Below the pieces are notes generated by a model that had not been told where the DNA came from, searched no databases, and saw only the letters and a program-made list of their open reading frames with translations. Positions 9,932-20,259 of a DNA stretch of 64,000 bases are shown here, one piece after another. Source of the DNA: Minisyncoccota bacterium (lineage in GTDB: Bacteria; Patescibacteriota; Minisyncoccia; Phycocordibacterales; UBA9973). Position 1 is the stretch's first letter; every line of letters begins with the position of its first letter. Both the position numbers and the translations under genes were made by a program. The stretch spans positions 21,190 to 85,189 of the forward strand of contig JBAYKP010000002.1 in the NCBI GenBank assembly GCA_041664465.1, written 5' to 3'.

Positions 9932-10624
9932 TTAGTCTATATTTGAAATCCAATTTTTAAAATTATCTATAAATATACCCTCTTTAAGCATTTCTAGTTG
10001 GTGTGGTAGATGGGTCCATGAGATATGAGTTTTAATATTTTGTTCTTTTAGTAGCTTTATAAGTTTTCTGCCATTTGAAACGGGAATCACAACATCATTT
10101 TTAGACAAGATTATGTTGAATTCAGTATTGTGACTTTTCCTTTTAAAATAATGATCGGGAGATATCTCAGCCCAAACTTTTTTAAGTTTAGAAAGAGTAG
10201 TTTTGTAATCTTGTATCATTTTATTTTTTAATTTCTGAGTACTTGCACCTTTCCAGAACGCTTCAGCCAAGTTATACCCTGGGACGATAAGCATAACTTT
10301 CTCCATTTTTATTTTATCTGAGACTATCATACAGAATAATCCTCCCAAACTTTGTCCATACATATAGAAATAGCGGGGCTTTTTATTTTTAAGACCACTC
10401 AAATCTTTTATTATTGTATTTATTAAATGCTCGAAATTGTCTTTTGTTTTAAGTGGATCAGGGCAAAGTATTTTGTCTGGATAGGCATACTGGATGTACC
10501 CATAATCCTTTGGTATAGATTTCCTCATAAGAAAATACAAAGATTCATATGAAGACCATCCATCCAATAATATTATGATTTTCTCTTGGTGTAGTCTGTC
10601 TTTTATCTTTGTAATTTTATACAT
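9932..10624 (-). CDS. Alpha/beta-hydrolase fold protein
   Basis: GQSLGG nucleophile elbow, candidate Asp (NDVVIP) and late His. Confidence 0.75.
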   Translation of the reverse strand: MYKITKIKDRLHQEKIIILLDGWSSYESLYFLMRKSIPKDYGYIQYAYPDKILCPDPLKTKDNFEHLINTIIKDLSGLKNKKPRYFYMYGQSLGGLFCMIVSDKIKMEKVMLIVPGYNLAEAFWKGASTQKLKNKMIQDYKTTLSKLKKVWAEISPDHYFKRKSHNTEFNIILSKNDVVIPVSNGRKLIKLLKEQNIKTHISWTHLPHQLEMLKEGIFIDNFKNWISNID

Positions 10625-10783
10625 ATGTTTATTATATATATTCTTAGCTATTTCTACAAATAAAATTATATACTAGCCCTAAGCCACGCTTATGACTGGT
10701 ATTTTTTGTTGACAAATTTTCAAGGGGGGTGTATACCTCGGGTATAAGGCTCATTTCAATATATTTCATTTAATTTTTTTAAA

Positions 10784-11017
10784 ATGAAAACCAAAAAGTT
10801 TTTCTTTTATGTTTTTTTTGGAGCCCAACTAATCGGGCTCGGTGGTTTTTTGGGGAAAATCATTTACGATGGGGTGCAAAATTTTCAAAGTGCCTCAATC
10901 GGAGGTAATGTCTCCAAAGAAACCATTACAACTCTGGGCGTTCTGTTTTTTGTTGGCTTTGCAGGTTTTCTTGCAAGCAACAAGCTTGTAGACCAGTTGA
11001 ATAAACTGGAAAACTAA
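10784..11017 (+). CDS. Small two-TM hypothetical protein
   Basis: 77 aa ORF with two hydrophobic helices, followed by a terminator-like hairpin at about 11039-11073. Confidence 0.6.
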   Translation: MKTKKFFFYVFFGAQLIGLGGFLGKIIYDGVQNFQSASIGGNVSKETITTLGVLFFVGFAGFLASNKLVDQLNKLEN

Positions 11018-11100
11018 AATAGGAAGCCTAAATGGGAAAAAGCGGGTGGATGAAATATTTCACCTGCTTTTTTAATTATAGGATGGATGGGTACAGAAAT

Positions 11101-11129
11101 TTGACATAAATACGTTCATTTGCTAGTAT
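11101..11129 (+). promoter_or_regulatory. Sigma70-type promoter for rpsN-secY
   Basis: TTGACA-17 nt-TAGTAT. Confidence 0.8.
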
Positions 11130-11136
11130 AAGGGAA

Positions 11137-11218
11137 TTCGGTATTGAGCTGATCTGTGTTTCTCCTTAAGACATTTGTTGATGTTTTAAGAAATGACACA
11201 TGATATCGCCTTATCGGG
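11137..11218 (+). ncRNA. Structured 5' leader of rpsN (candidate r-protein leader)
   Basis: Long irregular hairpin: TTCGGTA/TATCGGG, TGTGT/ACACA, CTTAAGACAT/ATGTTTTAAG. Confidence 0.5.
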
Positions 11219-11233
11219 TAAAGCATTTTATTT

Positions 11234-11419
11234 ATGGCAAAAACATCAGTAACAGCTAGACATTTAAAGAAGTCAAAGTTTAGTACACGAGAAACAAATC
11301 GTTGTTTTCGCTGTTCCCGCGGGCATGCATATATGCGAGACTTCGGTCTCTGTCGTATTTGCTTCCGTGAATTAGCAAACGAAGGGATGCTTCCGGGGGT
11401 CAGAAAATCAAGTTGGTAA
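11234..11419 (+). CDS. rpsN: 30S ribosomal protein S14, zinc-binding type Z
   Basis: 61 aa; RCFRCSR...LCRICFRE. Confidence 0.97.
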   Translation: MAKTSVTARHLKKSKFSTRETNRCFRCSRGHAYMRDFGLCRICFRELANEGMLPGVRKSSW

Positions 11420-11431
11420 TTTTAATAGCAA

Positions 11432-11498
11432 TTAGGCCATAGGCCTTAGGCACCTAGCAAAAAGCTAAATTCCTAGAGCCTAGAGCCTAAAGCCTAAA
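11432..11498. repeat. Inverted pair of heptamer arrays
   Basis: ttaggcc ataggcc ttaggca ... ctagagc ctagagc ctaaagc ctaaa. Confidence 0.7.
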
Positions 11499-11505
11499 CA
11501 AAACA

Positions 11506-11892
11506 ATGGATCAAATAGCAAACATGGTGAATATGATAAAGAATGCAGGTCGTGCTGGGCACGAGTCTGTTACTGTATCATTTTCTAAAATCAAACAGGC
11601 AATCGCTGAATGCTTACTTAAGGAAGGCTACATCTCATCTCTCAACAAGAAAATGCAGAAAGGTTTCCCTGTCCTTGAAATAGGTATACTTTATGTAGAC
11701 GGAGCTCCGAAAGTAGGAGGAGTAGAAAGAATATCTAAATCATCATGCCGTGTATATAAAGGAGTTAAAGATATCAGATATGCAAAAGGTAGCTCTATCA
11801 TCACAGTCTTTTCGACACCGAAAGGAGTTTTGACAGATAAAGAGGCACGCAAGCAAATGGTCGGAGGAGAAGTATTGTTTAAAATTTGGTAG
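11506..11892 (+). CDS. rpsH: 30S ribosomal protein S8
   Basis: DQIANMVNMIKNA, LLKEGYI, STPKGV, GGEVL. Confidence 0.97.
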   Translation: MDQIANMVNMIKNAGRAGHESVTVSFSKIKQAIAECLLKEGYISSLNKKMQKGFPVLEIGILYVDGAPKVGGVERISKSSCRVYKGVKDIRYAKGSSIITVFSTPKGVLTDKEARKQMVGGEVLFKIW

Positions 11893-11911
11893 GTAATCAC
11901 CCAAAAAATAT

Positions 11912-12448
11912 ATGTCACGTATTGGAAAACAAACAGTTATAATCCCCACAGGTACAGAAGTCAAACTTTCTGGTACGACTCTTACCGTGAAAGGACCGAA
12001 AGGGACTCTCACAAGAGATTTCCCTGGTCTAGTCACTATACATATCAATGGCAATGAAATTACTTTCACTCCCAATAAAATTGGAGACAAGACTATCAAT
12101 GCACTTTGGGGTACATATGCTTCACATGTGAAGAATATGGTCTTAGGTGTAAATGAAGGTTATACGAAAAAGCTCGTACTAGAAGGAGTCGGATTCAAGT
12201 CAGAAGTAGCTGGTAAAGTTCTCAATCTTGCTCTTGGTTTCTCACATCCTGTAAAGATTAATATTCCAGAAGGTCTTACTGTTACAGCCGAGAAGAATAA
12301 CATCACGATTAGTGGTATAGATAAAGAGCTTGTAGGCTCTTTCACCGCCGGAGTTCGTTCACAGAAAAAGCCAGAGCCTTATAAGGGTAAAGGTTTCCAT
12401 TACAATGATGAAGTTATTCGTCGTAAGCAAGGTAAGAAAGCGGCATAA
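11912..12448 (+). CDS. rplF: 50S ribosomal protein L6
   Basis: [26 protein letters not shown]. Confidence 0.98.
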   Translation: MSRIGKQTVIIPTGTEVKLSGTTLTVKGPKGTLTRDFPGLVTIHINGNEITFTPNKIGDKTINALWGTYASHVKNMVLGVNEGYTKKLVLEGVGFKSEVAGKVLNLALGFSHPVKINIPEGLTVTAEKNNITISGIDKELVGSFTAGVRSQKKPEPYKGKGFHYNDEVIRRKQGKKAA

Positions 12449-12453
12449 AATAT

Positions 12454-12795
12454 ATGAATAAAAAATTAGAAAAAAGAATAAGATTAAAGAAGAAGATTCG
12501 TACAAAGATTTTCGGTACTTCCGACACACCTCGTCTTTCTGTTTTCCGTTCCAACAATTACGTCTATGCTCAGATGATTGATGATGCTAAAAGTGTCACT
12601 ATCGCTTCCGCTTCTGATATGGATGTGAAGACAGGGACAAAGACAGAACGTGCTATCGCAGTAGGAGCAAACATTGCAAAAATTTCAAATACAAAAGGCA
12701 TAAAAGCTTGCGTCTTTGATCGTAATGGATTCAAATATACCGGTCGCGTGAAAGCTCTTGCGGACAGCGCACGTAAGGCAGGGCTTAAGTTTTAA
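12454..12795 (+). CDS. rplR: 50S ribosomal protein L18
   Basis: [27 protein letters not shown]. Confidence 0.98.
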   Translation: MNKKLEKRIRLKKKIRTKIFGTSDTPRLSVFRSNNYVYAQMIDDAKSVTIASASDMDVKTGTKTERAIAVGANIAKISNTKGIKACVFDRNGFKYTGRVKALADSARKAGLKF

Positions 12796-12804
12796 TATAA
12801 ATAT

Positions 12805-13470
12805 ATGGATACAACAAAACCAAAACAACATACAACAAATAGTGGAAGCCCACGTGGAAATACAAGTGGAGGATATCGTGGCAACCCGAACAACAAACGT
12901 GAAGGGGGAGAACGTAAGCCTAGAACATTTTTCGAAAAGCCAAAACCAGAATTTGACCAGAAGATGGTTTCTATTCGTCGCGTGACTCGTGTGGTGGCTG
13001 GTGGACGTCGTATGACCTTCGCAGTTGCACTTGCTATCGGAGATAAAAAGGGCTCTATTGGTCTTGGTACTGGAAAGGGAGGAGATACAGCTATGGCTAT
13101 TGCGAAAGCTCTTCGCCAAGCTAAGAAGAATATGTTTAAGATTAAGACAACCAAAGATATGTCCATTACTCATGAGGTCTCATCCAAGTTCTCAAGTTCT
13201 AAGCTTACAATGATGCCAAACAGAGGTAAGGGATTAGTAGCAGGAAGTACCGTTCGTGATATGCTTATACTTGCAGGATTAAAGAATATCACTGCCAAGC
13301 TTCATTCAGGAAGTAAGAATAAATTAAACAATGCCAGAGTTGCTTATAAGACTTTGTATCAACTTAAAGCCTTAAATACTCTACCCAAAGTAGCCGCATT
13401 TATCGTGGAATCAGAAGCTGAGGTCAAAGAAGAAGTGGCTGGAAAAGTAATTATAGAGGAAGTTAAATAA
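12805..13470 (+). CDS. rpsE: 30S ribosomal protein S5 with N- and C-terminal extensions
   Basis: IRRVTRVVAGGRRMTF, GLVAG, NNAR. Confidence 0.97.
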   Translation: MDTTKPKQHTTNSGSPRGNTSGGYRGNPNNKREGGERKPRTFFEKPKPEFDQKMVSIRRVTRVVAGGRRMTFAVALAIGDKKGSIGLGTGKGGDTAMAIAKALRQAKKNMFKIKTTKDMSITHEVSSKFSSSKLTMMPNRGKGLVAGSTVRDMLILAGLKNITAKLHSGSKNKLNNARVAYKTLYQLKALNTLPKVAAFIVESEAEVKEEVAGKVIIEEVK

Positions 13471-13478
13471 TAAATTAT

Positions 13479-13907
13479 ATGGAATTACACACATTAAAAA
13501 GAGAACATCCAAATAAGAAGAAAAGACTCGTCGGTCGTGGAGGTACACGTGGTAAGACTTCAGGCCGTGGAGGCAAGGGTCAGACTGCTCGTGCTGGTAA
13601 CAAGCGTCGCCCAGAAATGCGTGATATAATCAAGAAGATTCCGAAGCTTCGTGGTTACCGTTTTCACTCTGCATCTACCAAGCCCACTCCTGTAAATGTC
13701 GGAGCCTTGAATATATTCAAAGCAGGAGAAATCGTAAATCCAAAGTCACTTTTTGAAAAGAATTTGATTCGTAATGTCGGTGGCAAGCTTCCAGCTGTGA
13801 AGATTCTAGGTACAGGCGAGATAACTGTTAAGCTAACAGTATCAGGATGTGTATTATCTAAAACAGCAAAAGAGAAAATAGAGAAAGCCGGAGGAAGTAT
13901 AAAATAA
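13479..13907 (+). CDS. rplO: 50S ribosomal protein L15
   Basis: VGRGGTRGKTSGRGGKGQTAR, VKILGTG, KIEKAGG. Confidence 0.97.
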   Translation: MELHTLKREHPNKKKRLVGRGGTRGKTSGRGGKGQTARAGNKRRPEMRDIIKKIPKLRGYRFHSASTKPTPVNVGALNIFKAGEIVNPKSLFEKNLIRNVGGKLPAVKILGTGEITVKLTVSGCVLSKTAKEKIEKAGGSIK

Positions 13908-13908
13908 A

Positions 13909-15180
13909 ATGGAAACAGTTTTCAACAAACTAAGAATGATATTTACAGACAAGACTCTAAGGTCTCGTGTCTTATTTGTGCTCGGAGCATTTATTTTATT
14001 TAGACTTCTTTCTGCAATTCCAATTCCTGGTATTGATGCTACCAAGCTACAAATTTTCATAAACAATAATCAATTTCTCGGAGTCTTAAATATGTTTTCA
14101 GGTGGAGGACTTTCTACTCTTTCTATAATGATGCTTGGAGTAGGTCCGTACATTACTTCTTCTATCATAATGCAGTTGCTTACTATTATGTCTCCTCGCT
14201 TGAAAGCGATGTATCAAGAAGATGGAGAAGCTGGACGCAAGAAATTTACTCAGTTTAGTAGAATGATTACAGTTCCTCTTGCTATCGTTCAAGGATTTGC
14301 TCTTTTGTTTTTATTGAAAAAGCAAGGAATACTTGGAGATCTTTCAATGTTTAATATGTTTGCGAACCTTTCTGTCATAGTCGCTGGCTCTATGCTTATA
14401 ATGTGGATTGGTGAATTGATGTCTGAGTTTGGTATTGGGAATGGAATATCACTTATAATCTTCGCTGGTATCGTGGCTAGAATTCCACAAGAGATTACTC
14501 AATTCCTCTTTACTTTCAATATTGCTAATCTTCCACTTTATATATTATTCCTAGCTGTAGGGATCTTGATTGTTGCCGGAGTTGTAATTATGACTGAAGC
14601 CGAGAGGCCTATTCCTGTGACTTATGCCAAGCAAGTGCGTGGCGATCATATCGCGGGAGGGACTCAGACTTATCTACCACTTCGCGTGAATCAAGCTGGA
14701 GTCATACCTATCATCTTTGCACTTTCTATTTTGCTTTTCCCTCAGCTTATCGGCAATGCTTTGGCAGGAATGAGTAATCACATCCTTCTATCTATTTCAA
14801 GAGGCTTACTCTGGTTCGTTTCTAATACTTGGCTTTATTCATTGGCTTACTTTATTTTTGTATTCTTATTTACTTACTTCTATACAGCTGTTACCTTTGA
14901 TCCCAATCAAATTTCTGAAAATTTACAGAAGAATGGAGCTTTCGTGCCAGGGATTCGTCCAGGACCTGCCACTCGTGACTACATAGAGAAGATTCTCAAT
15001 CGCATTACAACGATCGGTGCAGTCTTCCTAGGATTCATTGCGGTGCTACCTCTCGTTATGAAAGCAATTACAGGTATTACGGCTTTCGCTATCGGAGGTA
15101 CAGCTCTCCTCATTGTCGTCTCTGTCGTTTTGGATTTGATTAAAAAGATTGAAGCGCAACTCTCTATGAGAGAGTATTAA
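13909..15180 (+). CDS. secY: Preprotein translocase subunit SecY
   Basis: LGVGPYITSSII, GIGNGISLIIFAG, GAFVPGIRPG. Confidence 0.98.
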   Translation: METVFNKLRMIFTDKTLRSRVLFVLGAFILFRLLSAIPIPGIDATKLQIFINNNQFLGVLNMFSGGGLSTLSIMMLGVGPYITSSIIMQLLTIMSPRLKAMYQEDGEAGRKKFTQFSRMITVPLAIVQGFALLFLLKKQGILGDLSMFNMFANLSVIVAGSMLIMWIGELMSEFGIGNGISLIIFAGIVARIPQEITQFLFTFNIANLPLYILFLAVGILIVAGVVIMTEAERPIPVTYAKQVRGDHIAGGTQTYLPLRVNQAGVIPIIFALSILLFPQLIGNALAGMSNHILLSISRGLLWFVSNTWLYSLAYFIFVFLFTYFYTAVTFDPNQISENLQKNGAFVPGIRPGPATRDYIEKILNRITTIGAVFLGFIAVLPLVMKAITGITAFAIGGTALLIVVSVVLDLIKKIEAQLSMREY

Positions 15181-15210
15181 AAAAGACCTATTATTTAGGT
15201 CTTTTTTAAT
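15176..15210 (+). terminator. Terminator hairpin after secY
   Basis: ATTAAAAAAGACCTA-ttatt-TAGGTCTTTTTTAAT. Confidence 0.7.
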
Positions 15211-15239
15211 ATATTAGAATTTTAGTATATAATAGAAAG

Positions 15240-15836
15240 ATGATAAACAAACCACAAACATTTATATTTTATGGGATAGCAGGTTCGGGTAAGGGTACCC
15301 AAGTAAAACTTTTACAAAATGTTTTGAAAGCCAAAGATGGTATGGATACGGTATATGGAGCACCCGGCAATGAATTTAGAAAACTTGTTGAAAGTGGCAA
15401 TCTTACAGGGTCTACTCTGAAAGATGCTATGGAAGCGGGTCTTCTTTTGCCAGATTTTTTACCTAATACTGTTTTTGCTGATATTTTAATTTCTGAATTA
15501 ACAACAGATAAACATTTAATTGCAGATGGTTTCCCTCGTACAGTGGTTCAATCTGAAAATTTTGAGGAGATGATGAAATTTTATAATCGTGAGAATATAA
15601 AAGTTATTTATATAGAACTTAGCAAAGAAGAAGCAATAAAGAGAATGAAGATTCGTGCTAGACCAGATGATACTGATGAAGGAATTGCAAAAAGATTTGA
15701 TGAATATGTAAAAAATATTATTCCTTCTATGAATTATTTCAAAGATAAAGAGAATTATAAAATGTATATGATAAATGGAGAACAATCCATAGAAGATGTC
15801 CATAAAGAAATTATTACTAAATTAAACTTAATCTAA
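15240..15836 (+). CDS. adk: Adenylate kinase (short, LID-less type)
   Basis: GIAGSGKGTQ P-loop, DGFPR, RPDD; follows secY. Confidence 0.9.
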   Translation: MINKPQTFIFYGIAGSGKGTQVKLLQNVLKAKDGMDTVYGAPGNEFRKLVESGNLTGSTLKDAMEAGLLLPDFLPNTVFADILISELTTDKHLIADGFPRTVVQSENFEEMMKFYNRENIKVIYIELSKEEAIKRMKIRARPDDTDEGIAKRFDEYVKNIIPSMNYFKDKENYKMYMINGEQSIEDVHKEIITKLNLI

Positions 15837-15840
15837 TTCA

Positions 15841-16539
15841 ATGCCAGAAACAAAAACAGAGAAAGAAACAATCGTGATATCGCTTGGGGGGTCTATTGTA
15901 GTACCGGATTTACCGAATGGAGAATTTGTAAAAGCTTTCAAAGAAATAATTTTACATTTTGTAGAAAAGGGTAAAAAGTTTGTAATAATCGTAGGTGGAG
16001 GCAAGACTTGCAGACGTTATAATGAAGCCTTAAGTAATGCCACAGAAGTTATCAATGAAGATCTGGATTGGCTTGGTATATATACTACTCGCCTCAATGC
16101 AGAACTTGTCAGACTTTCTTTTGGTAAAAAGGCGGCGGATAGAATTCTGATAGATCCAAGTATAATAAAAGATTTCAATGACGACGTCGTTATTGGTGCT
16201 GGGTGGAAGCCTGGGAATTCTACAGATGCAGTTGGGATTATGATTGCGAAGGAACTTGGTACAAAAAAGGTAGTTAATATTTCAAATATTGATTATATTT
16301 ATGATAGTGATCCGAAAATAAATGAGGATGCCAAGAAGTTTGAGAATATTTCATGGGCAGAATATCGTTCTTTTATATCTTCCGTTTGGAAGCCAGGTAT
16401 GAACACTCCTTTTGACCCTATTGCTTCAGAGAAAGCAGAGGAGGGAGGCATAGAAGTTGCTTTCATGTCAGGGCACAATCTAGAAAGTCTTGAGAATTAT
16501 CTAAAAGGAGAGCATTTTGTAGGAACAATCATAAAGTAA
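15841..16539 (+). CDS. pyrH: Uridylate kinase (archaeal-like subtype)
   Basis: VISLGGS, IVGGG, WLGIYTTRLNA, PGNSTD, DPK, FDPIA. Confidence 0.9.
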   Translation: MPETKTEKETIVISLGGSIVVPDLPNGEFVKAFKEIILHFVEKGKKFVIIVGGGKTCRRYNEALSNATEVINEDLDWLGIYTTRLNAELVRLSFGKKAADRILIDPSIIKDFNDDVVIGAGWKPGNSTDAVGIMIAKELGTKKVVNISNIDYIYDSDPKINEDAKKFENISWAEYRSFISSVWKPGMNTPFDPIASEKAEEGGIEVAFMSGHNLESLENYLKGEHFVGTIIK

Positions 16540-16547
16540 TTAGGAAT

Positions 16548-16578
16548 CACTGCCCCCAAGCAAGGCTTGGGGGCAGTG
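16548..16578. repeat. Perfect 14-bp GC-rich hairpin
   Basis: CACTGCCCCCAAGC-AAG-GCTTGGGGGCAGTG; the same AAGC-AAG-GCTT apex occurs at 9644-9662. Confidence 0.9.
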
Positions 16579-16613
16579 TGTATTTTAGAGCTGTATTCTA
16601 GTATAATGAATTA

Positions 16614-18362
16614 ATGGAATCACAAACTAAAGTGTGTCAAAATTGTAAGCTTAATTTCACAATTGAGCCAGATGATTTTTCATTTTACGAAAAGATAAAA
16701 GTCCCTCCACCAACTTGGTGCCCTTATTGTAGGTTTATACGTAAAATGACATTTATTAACGAGCGTTCTCTTTATAAAAGAGTTTGTGATAATTGTAGTC
16801 AGTCTATGATATCTATGTATAGCCCTGATATACCACTTCCTGTTTGGTGCAATAAATGTCATATAAGTGATACTTGGGACGGAACTATATATAGTAGAGA
16901 TTATGATTTCTCTAGAAATTTTTTTGAACAATATAAAAAATTAAAATATGATGTTCCTCATAGGGCGCTTGATCAAAACGAGCGAAATGGCGAAGGGTGT
17001 GAGTATTCCAATCTATGTTACACCAGTAAAAACATATATTTATCTTTTAATATTATTGGTTCTGAAAATCTTAAGTATTCGGCACATGCTTTTAAGAATA
17101 ATAAAAATTGTTTAGATTCACTTATTTTTAAAAATAATGATAGGGGGTATGAGCTTGTTCAGGCTATTTCTAATTACAACTCATCTTTTTTAATTGAAAG
17201 TGACCAATGTGTAGATTCACATTTCCTTTATGATTGTTCTAATTGTGTTAATTGTTGTTTATCTTCAAATCTTCGAAATAAAAGTTATTTTTTTCAAAAT
17301 CAACAGTTATCGCGTGAAGAATATAAAAAGGCAGTTATGGCGCTTAGACTTGAGACATATTCTGGGCAATTAAATACTAAGAATATTTTTATGCAAATAG
17401 CAAAAGATGCAATTCATAAATACGCGCATATAAAGAATTCAGTAGATGTTATTGGAGATTTTATTGAAAATTCAAAAAATATTTACCATTGCTATGGTCT
17501 TGTAGATGCTATAAATACTAAATATGTATTTTTTGCAGTAAATACAATTGTAGATTCTCAAGATGTAATATTTGCAGGAAAAGTAGAGGAGTGCTATGAG
17601 TTTACTCTTGGTGGTAGGGGAGCTAGTCGTGTAATTTTATCTTTTAGTTGTTCTGGGGGGTGCAAGGATCTATTCTATTGTGATTCGTGTATGAGTTGTT
17701 CAGATTGTTTTGGCTGTGTAGGGTTAAAAAAGAAACAGTATTATATTTTTAATAAACAATATAAGAAGGAAGAGTATTTTGAAATGGTTAAGAAAATTAA
17801 ACAACACATGAATGATATGCCTTATATAGATAAGATTGGTAGAATATATAGCTTTGGGGAATGTTTCCCTACAGAACTTTCTCCTTTTGCTTACAATGAA
17901 ACTCTTGCTTTTAAAGAGAATTTTATCTCAAAAGAAGAAGTAATCTCTTTGGGATATAAATGGAAAGAAATGGAATCAAAGTTATATACTCCAACACTTA
18001 AAACAGATTCTGTGCCAGAGAGTATTAATGATGCTCTAGACACTATTTGTAATGAGATTATTGAGTGTCCCAATCAAGGCAAAGTAGATACACAATGCAC
18101 TTCAGCTTATAAAATATTACCAGATGAGTTAGCATTTTATAGACAAATGAATCTTCCAATACCTAGGTATTGTCCGAATTGTAGATATCACAATCGTTTA
18201 ATTTGGAAGAATCTTTTTCACTTTTACAAACGACAATGTATGTGTAATTCATCAAATCATAATCATAAAGGAAAATGTCAGAATGAATTTGAGACATTGT
18301 ATGCTCCCGACAGAGAAGAATTAATTTATTGTAAAGAATGTTATCAACAGGAAGTGTATTAA
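16614..18362 (+). CDS. Cys-rich zinc-ribbon/repeat protein, paralogue 1 (function unknown)
   Basis: N-term CQNC...PPTWCPYC, central CxxC ladder, C-term CPNC...YCKECYQQEVY. Confidence 0.85.
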   Translation: MESQTKVCQNCKLNFTIEPDDFSFYEKIKVPPPTWCPYCRFIRKMTFINERSLYKRVCDNCSQSMISMYSPDIPLPVWCNKCHISDTWDGTIYSRDYDFSRNFFEQYKKLKYDVPHRALDQNERNGEGCEYSNLCYTSKNIYLSFNIIGSENLKYSAHAFKNNKNCLDSLIFKNNDRGYELVQAISNYNSSFLIESDQCVDSHFLYDCSNCVNCCLSSNLRNKSYFFQNQQLSREEYKKAVMALRLETYSGQLNTKNIFMQIAKDAIHKYAHIKNSVDVIGDFIENSKNIYHCYGLVDAINTKYVFFAVNTIVDSQDVIFAGKVEECYEFTLGGRGASRVILSFSCSGGCKDLFYCDSCMSCSDCFGCVGLKKKQYYIFNKQYKKEEYFEMVKKIKQHMNDMPYIDKIGRIYSFGECFPTELSPFAYNETLAFKENFISKEEVISLGYKWKEMESKLYTPTLKTDSVPESINDALDTICNEIIECPNQGKVDTQCTSAYKILPDELAFYRQMNLPIPRYCPNCRYHNRLIWKNLFHFYKRQCMCNSSNHNHKGKCQNEFETLYAPDREELIYCKECYQQEVY

Positions 18363-18367
18363 TAGTC

Positions 18368-18390
18368 AGATAGGGGTTAAACCCCTATCT
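18368..18390. repeat. Perfect hairpin, identical to the core of 47705-47743
   Basis: AGATAGGGGT-TAA-ACCCCTATCT. Confidence 0.9.
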
Positions 18391-18400
18391 AGAGAATAGT

Positions 18401-20170
18401 ATGGATTATAAACCAGAAAATAGAATATGTCAGAATTGTAAGAAAGACTTCACTATTGAGCCAGACGATTTTTCATTTTATGAGAAGATGAAAGTCCCTC
18501 CGCCAACTTGGTGTCCTGAATGTCGTTTTCAAAGAAGGTGTCTTTTCCGTAACGAAAGAAAACTTTTCCGAAATATAGATGGAGTTACTGGTAAGCCAAT
18601 ATTTTCACTTTTTCCATTGGAGGCACATTTTCCAATTTATGAAGATAGTTATTGGGCAAGTGATAATTGGGACCCATTTTCTTATGGGATGGACTTTGAT
18701 AGGTCACGACCATTTTTAGCCCAACTCTTAGAGTTGAATTCAAAGGTACCACGTCCTCGCTCTGATGCTATAAATATGGTAAGAAGTGAATATTCTGCAA
18801 ATGCTGCAGACTTAAAAGATTGTTATTTGATTTTTAATTCAAGCTATACAGAAGATTCAGCATATGGAAATGCCAATGATTATTGCAAAAATTGCTTTGA
18901 TAATTCTCATATTCAAAATTCAGAGAAATGTTATGAATCATTTTGGCTTACTAAATGTTATGATACACATTTTTCTTCACAATGCGAGGATTGTGTTTCA
19001 GTTTGGTTTAGTAAAAATTGTCGTGGATGTACGGATTGTTTTGGCTGTGTAAACTTAACAAATAAATCTCATTGCTTTTTCAATCAATCTTTATCAAAAG
19101 AAGAATACAAAGAAAAGATAAAATCACTTGATTTTTCAAAATGGTCAAATCTCGAAAGAATAAAAAAACAAGTTGGAAAAATATGGTTGAATTTTCCTGT
19201 TAGATATCTTCAAGGTATTAAAAATTATTTATCTGATGGCGAATATGTTGCTTATTCAAAAAATGTTCGTCATAGCTACTTAGTTCGAGGGGGAGAAAAT
19301 CTTGCCTATGTGCAATATGTTCAAGTTCCATCATTAAAAGATTCTATGGATGTTATTGTGGGTGGTTGTAATAGTGAGTTAGTATATGAATCTTCAGCTT
19401 GTGGTTGGGATTCTTCACAAATTCGTTTTAGTATTGAGTGTTGGGACGGGGGAATGGATTTTGAATACAGTATGTTTTGTGGAAAGAAAGCCAGTCATAC
19501 ATTTGGTAGTATTAGTATTTGTAGTGGGGAATATGTTATTTTAAATAAAAGATATTCCAAAGAAGAATTTTATAAACTTAGAGATGAAATACGTAAGCAT
19601 ATGGATGAAATGCCATATATAGATAAAAATGGACGTATTTATAAATATGGCGAATTTCTTCCACCTGAGTTTTCCCCTTTTGCATACAACGATACGATAA
19701 CTCCGGAACATTTTCCTTTATCAAAAGAAGAAATAATCTCCTATGGTGCCAATTGGTATGAGATACCAAAAGTTGATTATGAAACAACAATGAAAGCCAA
19801 AGATATACAGGATGATATAAATGATGTATCGGAAGGTATTTTAAAAGAGATTATTTCTTGTGATAAATGTAATCGTGCTTATAGAATAATTCCTTCCGAA
19901 TTACAATTTTTAAAACAAAACCATATTCCAGTTCCTCGTAGTTGTGTGAATTGTCGTCATGATTTACGTATTTCACAAAGAAATAAAAGTAAACTGTATA
20001 AAAGAAAATGTAATTGTAATGGGAACAATTCAACAAATAATAAATATAAAAATGAAATCAGACATTCCCATGACACCGAAGCTTGCCAAAACGAATTTGA
20101 AACATCTTACTCCCCAGATAGACCAGAGATAGTGTATTGCGAAAAGTGCTATCAGCAAGAAATTTATTGA
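18401..20170 (+). CDS. Cys-rich zinc-ribbon/repeat protein, paralogue 2
   Basis: Same architecture: CQNCKKDFTIEPDDFSFYEK...YCEKCYQQEIY. Confidence 0.85.
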   Translation: MDYKPENRICQNCKKDFTIEPDDFSFYEKMKVPPPTWCPECRFQRRCLFRNERKLFRNIDGVTGKPIFSLFPLEAHFPIYEDSYWASDNWDPFSYGMDFDRSRPFLAQLLELNSKVPRPRSDAINMVRSEYSANAADLKDCYLIFNSSYTEDSAYGNANDYCKNCFDNSHIQNSEKCYESFWLTKCYDTHFSSQCEDCVSVWFSKNCRGCTDCFGCVNLTNKSHCFFNQSLSKEEYKEKIKSLDFSKWSNLERIKKQVGKIWLNFPVRYLQGIKNYLSDGEYVAYSKNVRHSYLVRGGENLAYVQYVQVPSLKDSMDVIVGGCNSELVYESSACGWDSSQIRFSIECWDGGMDFEYSMFCGKKASHTFGSISICSGEYVILNKRYSKEEFYKLRDEIRKHMDEMPYIDKNGRIYKYGEFLPPEFSPFAYNDTITPEHFPLSKEEIISYGANWYEIPKVDYETTMKAKDIQDDINDVSEGILKEIISCDKCNRAYRIIPSELQFLKQNHIPVPRSCVNCRHDLRISQRNKSKLYKRKCNCNGNNSTNNKYKNEIRHSHDTEACQNEFETSYSPDRPEIVYCEKCYQQEIY

Positions 20171-20259
20171 TTGTTTGATTATATTGAGGTTTTGGGCTAG
20201 TATTGAAATATATGGCACCCCGAAGGAAAGATTACTTCCTACGGGGCAAGGTTATAAAT

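Noticed and set aside
10723-10748. GGGGGGTGTATACCTCGGGTATA as a fourth CsoR operator
   Set aside because: The tract order does not match TACCCC..GGGGTA and there is no metal-related gene nearby.
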